A DNA stretch of 64,000 nucleotides from Ascidiella aspersa (Eukaryota), in the NCBI GenBank assembly GCA_963924565.1, contig OZ004614.1, forward strand, positions 10,664,001 through 10,728,000, in the 5' to 3' direction. Below, piece after piece: positions 50,201 through 60,200 of the stretch (positions are counted from its first letter, which is position 1; every line of letters begins with the position of its first letter). The position numbers and the translations under genes are program-made. The notes below the pieces were generated by a model. The model was given only the letters and a program-made list of their open reading frames with translations. It was not told the origin of the DNA and made no database searches.

Positions 50201-53200
50201 GTTGTTTAGCACGTCCTGTACCAATTTGTTTTTCTCCTAAATAAGGAATTATTCAGAAAAATCAGCAGAGCCAATTTGCCACGCTAAATTTACCGGTTTG
50301 GCCGAAAACGGCTCACCCGTTTTAATGTTCCTGCTTAATTGATGCGATGCATTTCAACTGTGGATTGTTGCCGATAAATAATCATGGATTTTGGGCTTAC
50401 TGGATATTTTCAGCGCTGAGATTTTTATTGGGATTTTCTGATGAAAAAATTGTGCTATTACAGGCAAAACGTGATATATTTGACAATTGTTGCACGGCTT
50501 CATACCCGGCGTACTGATTATGATGCTATATACGACCTGTGTATGCCTATAGTTAAGGGGGTAGATGTGCAGCTCTATATATACAATTCTAGTTTTAGGT
50601 CTGTTACGGCGTTGGTGCTGTTGTCATCGACCGCAAGCAAATTGACGGCCTTTGAATGTCAAACCTCGTCTGCCCTGAATGGATGTTTACACAAAACGCA
50701 TTGTTTTTAATTGGCATGTTGTAAACAGCGTCATAATAGGACCAAGTGCACTGAAACCTTTTTACTTGATAAACGTTTGGCAAACGTTTTAAATCAAAAC
50801 ACCATTCAAACAAACTTGTGTGGTCTTTAAAGAGGTTTTAGCACTATACCCACTGAGTTGTTGCCTTAATTTGGTATTGTGCATTAGGGTTAAAAGGCTG
50901 TTTTTTTATGATTAGCCTCGGAACAAAAAATAGCCTGTAATTAAATATTATGTTGTTTTGTCAAATCTATATAGTATAATAACATACAAATGACATAAAC
51001 CTGTCGTGATGTTTAGTTAATACCTCGTTTTGTTTCTTGATGTGTCGACCTAAATACGTACATTTGTTTAAACCAAACAAACTATACTGGCTTGTTCGAT
51101 AGAGCTCCTACATAGATACATGGGAGTCGTAAAATATTTTTCGGGAAACCTACCGGGACCGTTTCTCGCATATATCGTTCTAGGTCGCATTTACTAGACC
51201 AGTGGTTCTTAACCTTTTATGCTTCGTGACCCCCTTTGAAAGGCTCTCGACCTTCGTGGCACCCCTGCTTATAAAAATACCAAGCATTGTGTTTAAAGGA
51301 TTTTCACTTGTTTTACTTATTCACGTTAATAACCAATACAGCCATTAATCAACGAATAAATGCACTTACTTTCTAAAAATTTAACAAGAAGTCATTTTAA
51401 TTTAAACTAACTTAGTTAGTCATCACCAATTTTGTTCTTCGACGCCACCAAGGTATTTTTTATATTCGGCTCAGTTTTGTACTGAGCCAAGCGATGTCAC
51501 TACATTCGTCGAGATGATTACTCGGTTTTCGTTTTTTATTAATGCGTTACTATTAGCCTACTTGACAAATAAGCTGCATAAACCGCTGAATGTTGGCCTA
51601 AACATGACCTTTTGAACAACCCGTTAGCGTATACTTTATGCGTTTAACGGTGAAATGTTTTTTGCAACTGAACGCCCTTAATGAAAATTGTGAACCGCTG
51701 TACCTGGCAATACACACTAGTTGCTCGCCTAACAGCATTTGTCGGCAACTATAATTGGCCGCTCGAAAAAAATGCTGACGCCGCACGATACATGGCTAAT
51801 GGCTATCTGCAAAGTAGCACAGTAATAGTTTCGCCACAGCGACAGGTCTCTAACCAAACTTGCCACTCGGGAACGACCAATTAGGCGTTTCTTTACGCGA
51901 TAAAACGAATGAAAAAGGATTTAATATTCTACTTTAAACATCCCTACTGACTAGTCAAAGCCGGTGTCAGAAAAATGTGTTAATAAAACGAATGAAAAAG
52001 GATTTAATATTCTACTTCAAACATCCCTACTGACTAGTCAAAGCCGGTGTCAGACAAATGTGTTAATAAAACGAATGAAAAAGGATTTAATATTCTACTT
52101 TAAACATCCCTACTGACTAGTCAAAGCCGGTGTCAGAAAAATGTGTTAATAAAACGAATGAAAAAGGATTTAATATTCTACTTCAAACATCCCTACTGAC
52201 TAGTCAAAGCCGGTGTCAGACAAATGTGTTACAAAACGTTCCAAGAAAGGTTTACAGTCATAATAAAAACACAAAATTAAGTTAACTGGTAAATTTTGAA
52301 ATTAGTGACACTTTGGTTTACGCATTCTATAGCTGGAGAGTTATGCCGGTGGCCCAATGACCGCTCCGTGGCCCCCCAGGGAGGCGAGGGCCACGGTTGA
52401 GAAACCCTGGGCTAGCCAATGTCGCACATATCAATACATTTCGAATGTATTCAAAAATGATTGATAAGAAACTTAGTGGAAACAAACTTGTGCGCATTTA
52501 GCTTATTTTTCCGTTTAAAACGAGGATTTGATTTTAGGTTTAAATGGCGCACGTAGTGCAGATTAATCTTTTCTAAAAACGAAAACATCAGTGTTATAAA
52601 AAAGTATTTTGCCATTTACCTTCTTGGCTTGTCTAAAGCAAAAGCGGACTCCAGCTGTCCAGGTTTCGACACGTTGGCAGCTTCGACGTCGTCATCTAGC
52701 TTTTCATAATCGCTGCTCTTTCGCTTGTCTTTCCCACCACGCCGTCTAGCGGTTAATAGATTCCGACAAGGAAGCAGGCAAAAACGAGCCAGAACCGCGA
52801 CAAGCACCAGCAAGACGAGAGTGCAACTGACCGCAATTGCCGCTATCGTACCTGGTTTGTAAGTGGTAGATTGGTTTCAATTTATTAAAAGGAACACAAT
52901 CTAACAGAGAAGTTAATACAATCGTCGAACTATTGTAGTATTGCCGATATCATGGTAAGAATATAAAAAGCATCGAAGCACACGTTTGGTTTTACGCAGT
53001 GTTGTAAACAAGTCATTTTCAACTGATCCCAGTCAAGAAATTTGTAAAATAAGTTCAGGTCAAGTTTTTTATTAAATAACAAGTCAAATTGAATTCCAAG
53101 TAACCAATTGTTTAACTTATAGTCAAGGCCTTATCATAAAACTAACACGTTAAATTAAAAAAGGCTAATGAAAACACTTATTTCTAACTTAAATCTTTTG

Positions 53201-53806
53201 TCTAAAAGGCTGAAAGTCAAGCCAAGTAAAAGCAGTTAATTAAGTGCACTTAAGCTAAGTCATTGACTTAAATCATTACTTCAGTGGTATTTCGTGCGTT
53301 TATCTCGCCATCACACCCAAACAAACGAAATGACGAAAATAAAAATGTGTTGTAGAACGTAAGCGAAATCCCACTTAAAAAGACTAAATTGTTCTTCATC
53401 ATTAACAATCATTAACAAATATGCTATTGCTACCAGGCATAGTATAATAAAAAAAGTTCTTTTGGTATAAAAAAAAATGACACATGTGATTTTATTTTGC
53501 GACATGTTGGCCATGGGTGTCATTCCCTGAAAAAGGCTTTTAGAATAGTAAGCCGAAACGTTGGTTTAACAAATATATACCAGAAGAACCTATTTTTATT
53601 CTCCATCAATAACGTTCAGGCGCTTAAATTGTAAGTTATTGCGACGGCAAAAAAAAAACTCTCCCTATGAACAGTTGCTTACCTATTCTCAATGCGCTGG
53701 CATGTCTGCTGAATATGTCATCGTCTTGCACGGCAGGGTTGTCGGAAGGGGTCGGGGTTAGAGGCGATGGCGGAAAAGTGTCTCCGTCAACAACAACTCC
53801 AGCCAT
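28975..53806 (-). CDS. SYT15: Synaptotagmin-15-like protein (N-terminal TM, linker, tandem C2A/C2B), 561 aa
   Basis: complement join(53683-53806,52620-52851,35859-36051,35163-35256,34288-34393,33652-33760,32455-32604,31296-31463,30580-30706,29800-29955,28975-29201)=1686 nt, phases all compatible. SYT15-type signatures IPFQLPP, GRIQPELY, GRVWFS, VKLFLLPDER, WRDL, HMFCRGEQLLHWHDMLAHP...KWHSL. Confidence 0.9.
29704..29772. repeat. Short direct duplication (AATGACCCAAGTCAATACTTTTTTCATAAAAA x2)
   Basis: Direct reading. Confidence 0.85.
29800..29955 (-). CDS. SYT15: SYT15-like exon 10
   Basis: DIFVRVELTQ...CLSID; AG/GT boundaries. Confidence 0.92.
30580..30706 (-). CDS. SYT15: SYT15-like exon 9
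   Basis: PGDTGTSLGELHVSLAYNPALDRLTVVILEAKNL...; AG/GT boundaries. Confidence 0.92.
31296..31463 (-). CDS. SYT15: SYT15-like exon 8
   Basis: VSDSD...LRLSVYDLD...WRDLDEIAH. Confidence 0.92.
31542..31949. mobile_element. AAGTC-rich MITE (related element ~52997-53286)
   Basis: CAGCGTTGTTAA ... TTACCACCCTG with many CAAGTC/AAGTCA subterminal units. Confidence 0.55.
32455..32604 (-). CDS. SYT15: SYT15-like exon 7
   Basis: VKQLPGR...NPLFNESFVFQ. Confidence 0.92.
32665..32898 (+). mobile_element. Internally deleted Tc1/mariner-superfamily transposon
   Basis: 30-bp TIRs CAGGGTGGGCCAAAAGTAGGCTTACAGTTA / TAACTGTAAGGATACTTTTGGCCCACTCTG; TA TSD; transposase relic WHGRKRSIKWPPCSPDLT...FWSVVKNKV. Confidence 0.9.
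33652..33760 (-). CDS. SYT15: SYT15-like exon 6
   Basis: YSKASETELP...GRVWFSYVYD...KVIK. Confidence 0.92.
34288..34393 (-). CDS. SYT15: SYT15-like exon 5
   Basis: ...MMIGRIQPELY; phase 1->2. Confidence 0.88.
34552..34885. mobile_element. hAT/Charlie-like MITE
   Basis: CAGTGTTCGGCAAACT / AGTTTGCCGGCCACTG; flanks CTCTATGT/CTCTACGA. Confidence 0.8.
35163..35256 (-). CDS. SYT15: SYT15-like exon 4
   Basis: VQPDIFGSSRRSS...; phase 0->1; alternative in-frame acceptor at 35250. Confidence 0.8.
35859..36051 (-). CDS. SYT15: SYT15-like exon 3
   Basis: GSTPTINID...DIPFQLPPLSP...; phase 2->0. Confidence 0.88.
36169..36438. mobile_element. hAT/Charlie-like MITE
   Basis: CAGTGCTCCCCAACCT / AGGCTGGGAAGCACTG; flanks TTGTAGAA/TTATAGAG. 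Confidence 0.8.
42118..43099. mobile_element. Non-autonomous hAT element, 982 bp
   Basis: TIRs CAGGGTTACCAT / ATGGCAACCCTG; TSD CTTATAGG/CTTACAGG; repeated subterminal ATAAGCAC at both ends. Confidence 0.9.
46010..46527. mobile_element. Degenerate foldback element with long inverted arms
   Basis: 46113-46210 aligns (with one gap) to the reverse complement of 46355-46493; outer ends 46018-46040 / 46500-46520 are also inverted. Confidence 0.7.
47884..47990. repeat. Degenerate ~30-bp tandem repeat
   Basis: TATTACAGTTACATC-like unit x3-4. Confidence 0.7.
51200..52409. mobile_element. Non-autonomous hAT-like element (~1.2 kb) containing an 83-bp tandem array
   Basis: CAGTGGTTCTTAACC / GGTTGAGAAACCCTG; flanks TACTAGAC/GGCTAGCC (partial TSD). 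Confidence 0.65.
51900..52231. repeat. 83-bp minisatellite x4 with A-B-A-B variant order
   Basis: Units at 51901, 51984, 52067, 52150; differ only at two sites (CTTTAAA/CTTCAAA; CAGAAAA/CAGACAA). Confidence 0.95.
52620..52851 (-). CDS. SYT15: SYT15-like exon 2 (transmembrane helix)
   Basis: GTIAAIAVSCTLVLLVLVAVLARFCLLPC followed by basic RRRGGKDKRK; phase 1->2. Confidence 0.85.
53525..53564 (+). ncRNA. Minimal hammerhead-like motif (family C, core mismatch C3-A8)
   Basis: cc CTGAAAA a GGCTT ttagaatagt AAGCC GAAA C GTT gg. Confidence 0.45.
53683..53806 (-). CDS. SYT15: SYT15-like first coding exon
   Basis: MAGVVVDGDTFPPSP...; G|gtaagc phase 1; acceptor tttaacag 2 nt before ATG. Confidence 0.75.
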
Positions 53807-55874
53807 GACTGTTAAATGTCGTTATTTTATCCCAACTTTGACATACAAAACCAAAGTGTTCCTTTCCTTCTATAAACCAAGTGAATAGAACTTTTAAAAA
53901 GCATGTTTTTAAAAGCACTAAAAACGCTTATTTATATGAAATGGCTTTGCAAAATACCCGTCTAACTTAATCGGTGTCAACCATCCTAATCGTTCTTGAT
54001 GCTGAACTGCTAATTAACACTGCCTTTTTACAATGAAAATTAACTGATTCAACAGGAAATAATCATTCACAAATAAATGTCAAAATCAAACTATTTGCTT
54101 TTTTAACCAATAACATGTTTAATAGGGAGCGATGTTATATATTGTCGTATAAAAACTCATGCTACCGACATCACTACGAACAACAAAATTTTCCTAAAAC
54201 CAATGACAAATTGAATGTGTAAAATATGAAAATTATCCTCGCCCTTACACGTAAATGATGACAATGGCTTCAAATTGGAGCAAATATTCTTCAGAATTTC
54301 CTGTCTTAGGCAAAGTCAGTCACTCAAAAGTTCCAGTCTTTAACTATGACATCATCAGTCTTTTAATTCGAATAAATCATTATGATATTAAAGTACAATT
54401 CCACAGCCATTCTTGCTGTGGCAACAAAACCGGACGAAAGCCACTTAGCAGCAATAATCGTCTTTAGCACGAAGCGCCACAGAATATCTGGAGCCAAAAC
54501 GCGAAACTCTAAAGCCCCTTTCTCGTGGCCACGAGCCGGGAAAAGGCAAACTCTAGGGTTTCTGGGAGACTTAAGAAAGGCGTGAAACCGGATTTCGACT
54601 TGGGTTGAACCGCGCGGCCGCGGGTTTGTTTACTCAAATAAGCGCCTTTACCCGGTCGAAAGTTTTCACGGTCGCACTACAAACAAGCGGCCGGCCGTAT
54701 TGTTGTTGCATATAGAAACAACTCTTTTCAGAAACCCATTGGCAATTATAATTTGTCGTCAATCAAACAGAAAAAGGAACGCAGGGGGTGAAATAAATTA
54801 GTCAATAAGCTAAGCTAAAAAATATATAGCCTGCCTGTATAGGCGGTTGAAAAACAGCATGATTGGCTTGTGCACATGGTTTTATCAAGGGTAATTCACC
54901 ACGCTATATGCTAAGATCTAAAAAAAGTGTTTTCTCTGCTCAGTTGTAATCAGTCAAGTTTGTCGGACTGCTGCGTGGGTTCCCACGCCCATGGTTTTAA
55001 CACTGTACTACTGGGCGTTTATTGTACGAAGCTTTAATTACAATGGGCGAAATTGTGTTACCCTGTAATGAATTTCTGTTTTCAAACGACCTGATTTAAA
55101 CAGGCACGGGATTGCTACTTGGTTGTAACACTATTATCTATATTCATTAAGTTACTTACTGTGACCCGATAAAGCACGGGGTTGTGTGAAAACTTGTCAA
55201 CTTAAAACTACATTTTGTGAACAGTGCCACTTTGTTGTTCAGTTTTTGATTAGGACAAATACGTCGTTTTTCGTTTTTAACTTCTATTTTATTACAATCG
55301 AACTTTGGAAACTATATATACAAATAAAACTACGTGGCAGCGTGATTGAAACGCAAATAAAGTCCGCCTAGCGTGAACTTGCGCATTCATACAGAAGTCG
55401 TGATCGCGCTGCTATATTTTGTGGCTCCACCTTGCATAAACAGTTAATGTTTCCACACCCTAAAACCAATAACACCGCTTGCCTACTTCTTGCCAATACA
55501 CATACGTCATTAGCTTGGGGGAATTTAAAGTTTATGGAAAATGGTGGTAAGACTCTCGTTTAAATTTTAACTGTGGGTATGTGATATAAAAACCTCGCCA
55601 TAAAACGCATTTCACAGTTCGCACCATTTTTTACCCAGTGATGAAAATTAAGGGACACGCTTGCCTTAGACCCGCCTACAAGTTGAGCCAGCTTAAAAAT
55701 AACAAAAAATTAATGCTTTTCTCTTTCGTAATGTTTTAATGCAAGGCATGAACACTACGTTTAACCCATAAAAAAAACTAAAAATGATTGTTTTCCACCC
55801 TGTTTTACAAGCAAATTAAATTTTTTCTACTATGACGCTAATTTACTACCATTACGTCGCCGACCCCTTTAAAG

Positions 55875-56060
55875 CAGGCGTCATTTAACTATATGGTCCG
55901 TGGGCCACATCCGGCCCGCCTGGTCAATTTATCCGGCCTGTGGCATATTTCCTAATGAAGATAAAGTACTAAAATTTTGATAAAGTTTGTAGGACAATTT
56001 GTTAAGGCTAACTACAGTTTGCATAGCGATGGTCAGGCCTCACAGTTAGACGGCCCCCTG
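55875..56060. mobile_element. hAT/Charlie-like MITE
   Basis: CAGGCGTCATTTAACT / AGTTAGACGGCCCCCTG; TSD CTTTAAAG/CTTTAAAA. Confidence 0.75.
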
Positions 56061-56376
56061 CTTTAAAATTATGATGTACAGGCATGGTTTTAGAAATAAG
56101 TGGACTTAATTTTGACAAACCATATAGGGATGGTCACAGAAAAACTCGCAAGCCAGCTATCTGACCAGGACACAACAAAAGCAACTCACCCCAAGTAAAT
56201 AACGCGGCAAGATTTAAAAAATCACTTTATACCATAGTGGTTCTTAACGTTTTTCCTTGCTGCATCCCTTTTAAACCACTAACCAATTCTCGCACCTACT
56301 TCTAGAATTGTTTAAATAACAAAACCATTGTAATTTAATTTTTATACAGGTAACTGATAAAACAATACCAAATGTG

Positions 56377-56570
56377 AGATATAATAAGAATATCAAAGCC
56401 CATACAGAAGTAGGTATCATTTTGAACGTTTCGAATAACTCTTTATTCATTTTTCAGATGTTGAAAATGAATAAAGAGTTATTCGAAACGTTCAAAATGA
56501 TACCTACTTCTGTATGGGCTTTGATATTCTTATTATATCTTACTCCAACCTCCAACCATTATGCTCCAAA
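56377..56570. mobile_element. Family A hammerhead-bearing insertion: near-perfect 80/79-bp palindrome plus 30-nt tail
   Basis: Arms 56377-56456 and 56462-56540; flanked by duplicated host sequence CCAAA(A)TGTGAGATA (56368-56381, 56566-56580). Confidence 0.9.
56459..56494 (+). ncRNA. Minimal type I hammerhead ribozyme-like motif (U3-A8 variant)
   Basis: Identical to 16784-16819. Confidence 0.5.
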
Positions 56571-56950
56571 ATGTGAGATAGTTTTACATTTAATTGAGCA
56601 AAGAAATAAATTACAGTAACATATTTTCCGTGTCTGATTCAGCATTCCCACACCCCCTTGGAACAGTTCTCGCACCCCAGGGGGGTACTGGTTAAGAAAC
56701 CTTGTTCTAGAACCTTGGGCTTCAGCGCCCGACACCCGTAAAACTTTTTTACAACGTCTAAGCGTGAGGTTGTGCGAGTCAACAGCCGCTCGGCAGTTCG
56801 ATGCCGTCACGACGCGTTACGCGGTGTTTCTTTTACGACTTTGGGGCCTGTTTACGAGCAAAAGTGCGCCATAGCAGCGAAGCGCGATACCGCAGCCGAT
56901 AAAAATGTGGCGCAACGTCTGTGGTGTCGGCATCGGGACGAAATCAATAT

Positions 56951-57276
56951 TAGTTGTGACCGATACTTTTATTTTATTCCGATACCGATATCCGATATTT
57001 CGGACAAAAAGCATCGCGATTTGATCCGATACCGCATGACGTCATTACTACGCTCAAGCAGGAAAAATAGATACTGTAAAAAAAGGCAAAACATTTAGTA
57101 ACTTTCAGTTAACTACTTTTTTGAATAAACGCGGCTTTAAAGAATAAACTATAGCTGTGCTAGATCGCAAATCATGGCTAAAATTCACACATTAATTTAG
57201 TATCGGCACCGATACTACGTAAACATCGCACGAGTACCGATACTATCACCTGGCATCAAGTATCGGCTCCGATCTA
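56951..57276. mobile_element. CCGAT(AC)-rich MITE carrying ATGACGTCAT (relatives at ~35620-35720, ~60650-60920, ~33380-33470)
   Basis: Shared block GATATTT-GGACA-AAAGCATCGCGAT-CGATCCGATAC-ATGACGTCATT; ends TAGTTGTGACCGATAC / GTATCGGCTCCGATCTA. Confidence 0.7.
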
Positions 57277-60200
57277 ATATTATCAGACATTCTATACTCA
57301 TTATTTCGTAAATCGCCGTTTTACTTTTTATTTCGTATATCCCCGTTCATTTATTATTTTCGTATATGGCCGCTTCCTATATTTTAGAACGCTGCTGGAG
57401 TTCTATCAGGATACTCCAGTAATAAAACTGTAATTAGAATACCATCAACGTTGATATAAAACAATATATTCCATATAGGGATTAAATTTGGACTAAGAAA
57501 TACAAGATATGATTCAAATAGAAAAATGCCTAAACCCCTAATGGCAAGACTTGAACGATCTTCAACTAACGTAAAACACCATACCTCACTTTATAATTAA
57601 CTTTACGAATAATAATATCTTTAACCAAACGTTCTACTCTACGTATTAGTCACCCATGACCTTATCCAAGGGCACACAGTCCGCTGCCAAAGCAATGGCA
57701 TCGAAAAGACGGCGTTCAAACCACGGTGCCCAAATTAGGATGCAAAAACAGCCTTCGCCGAATCGCCTCATACCTATCGCCGAAGTAAAACTATAGTCGT
57801 TGGTTTTATTACTATGTTATTAATGTCATTTCTTTATAGGTCCTAATACCTTTACCACTTAAGCTATACTTGCTTTATGTAAATTACTTGTTTTGGCAAC
57901 AATGTTCAAGCTGAATGGCCGAGTTGAATAGATCCGTCGCCTATAGGCAAAGCACACAATATGGGAATTGAAATTTAAACATAAAGGGTTTTACTGTGTT
58001 TCTCGTGAAACCGTGGTGCAAGCTAGACACTTCGCGTTTTCTAATATATTTGCCTCCCCTCCACATCTTACGTACCAGGGAAGTGGATATAGTTCCGTGG
58101 CGCCTGTCGCAACTTTTACTGTTGTATTGTTCGCATGGGTCTTCGTACTTTTAAACGTACAGACTGCTTACGTATTTGCACAAAGCACATAACGGTATGA
58201 AGCCGCCATGCGTCCTCTGTATCTCGACGATACCTGATATATCACGAATTTCCCTTAAAAATTGTAACAAAAATACCTAAGAGGATGCTATAGTTAGAAG
58301 TAATTCCCGGCGAACATTTAAGTTCTAGTGGTCTAATTTACTTAATTTCCGTCCACACTTGTATTCCTTATTTAACTTTACGATGAAAAGCGCTATAAAC
58401 AAAACACTTTTCAGAACAATTAACTAAAATAAGAAATTGCGTTGAATATGTCTATATTTTCCACGGCGAATGAATAGCAGGGTCCTGTTTTGTCGTCGCA
58501 ACTATAGGCATCAACGTGGCCTTCTGATTTGGCTGATGGTTACGGATACTTATTTAGTAAAAAAAATTATACGGTTTTCAGTACGCCTAATCTAATGTAT
58601 ATTGTGGATTATTGCAAAGATGTGTTTGTTCGCATTTATTGATAAGTTATATAGAGTTGAACATCTACCACGAGATTTTTGTGTAAACCTAGCCAAAGTA
58701 TGTTAATTTTAAAACGAACTACAGAAATTTACAAGTAAATTTAATAAGCAAAATCTTCAGAAAGTGGCAACATGCAGTTTACTTATAAACTCAAACACCA
58801 AAAAGCAACTTTAGCAAGGGAACACACAATAAGACCTAGAAAGCAACAATACCTAAAGCAGAAAAATCTATAAAACCAAAGAATTAAGACCAGCGACACA
58901 ATCAAGCCAAATACGCTGTAATATCCAGTAGAGAATGTTCGAAATCGTCTGCAGAAGACTAAATCTGCTGGAATACGTTCTAAATTCAACCGAATAAGGC
59001 CTAAATGGCCAAAATAACGCTATACTACGACCATTAGGTATTAGTCTTATTTTCGCCTTATTCGGAACTGTGTTTTATTTTGACGTTGATGTTGTTCTTA
59101 TCTCGTTCATGTGGCTGGAGTTTAGCAAGTCCTGTCTAACATAGACGAATAGACGAATTAAAAAACCTAGCCACAACTGTGTTCAAAAACTTTCGCTCCA
59201 ACGGTTGCATACTGAATCAGAGACTTGTAGTGTATAATAAGACAAAAACATATATATTTCAAAATAGTCTACACTATCCACTCAAAGACTAGTATGTTTC
59301 ATCACGTAACATCTAACAACAGCAATATACTTGCGCTAAATATTTCGTTTACTCACCTTTAATTAATTTTATTTAATACAAGTTAAAATGAATGTTTATT
59401 TAAAATATTCGGGTTTGCATTTAAAAAGTTTATTAAACTAGACTAGAGTGAGCTAAACCTTACAAACGTTTGCGTTAAGAAGGTGAATATCGATATAGTC
59501 AACAATTAGCTGAAATGCACCAAACGGTACAACGGTGCTGCATTTTGTCTTAAATAAACCTCGAACTATATATTTACATTTTCAATAAGCGCTTTGAAGG
59601 CCATAAATCTATTTAAAAAATGCCGTAAATATAAAAGTTGCTTTCTTATCAAATGATCGGGGTAAAGTGATACACCCCGGCAGGAAACAAATACCAAAAA
59701 GTGTACTAAAGAGTTAATACAGTTTAAGTAAGTAATTTTGCGTCACTAAACTATAATCCAGCGGCAATCCTGTTTAAAAACATACATAACTTGCTGTTTC
59801 AAGGAACTTTGTTACTATTTAGCTGCCGAAAGCAGGGTGGCGCTCTTTTTAGCACTGGTAGACCTAACGAAACACATTTTAACTTTGGACTTCGGTAAAT
59901 ACCCTCCCTCCCTCCAAACAGGCAGACACACAAAACGTATACACAATATACATATCGCACAATTTTTAAATGGAGGTAGACGCCAATGGCCAACTAAGGA
60001 AGGCGAGGCTTTCATTTCTTCCAGCCTTGATTTATCGCAGTCGACAATCGCTTTTGATTGTTTGACCGTCACCTGGGTAAATCGTTGTGGCAGGCAAAAC
60101 CAACACGCACTCCTTTATGGGTCAATGGTAAATATCCGGGTGGCAATATTTCAATCTTGATTTGGTGCTGCCGATAAAGTCGAATAAGTCCATTGAGGAC

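Larger units (their letters stand above)
56235..56704 (-). mobile_element. hAT-like MITE (same family as 11241-11506) interrupted by a palindromic insertion
   Basis: Aligns to the reverse complement of 11241-11506 except for a ~200-bp insert. Confidence 0.85.

Noticed and set aside
51900-52231. CRISPR-like array
   Set aside because: Whole units repeat with no unique spacers; eukaryotic context; no cas genes.
56374-56619. 81-aa ORF
   Set aside because: Produced by the palindromic insertion; not coding-like.
59837-60160. ORF with RT-like words (LVDLTK, IAFD)
   Set aside because: Motif spacing is incompatible with an RT domain and there are no other RT motifs.
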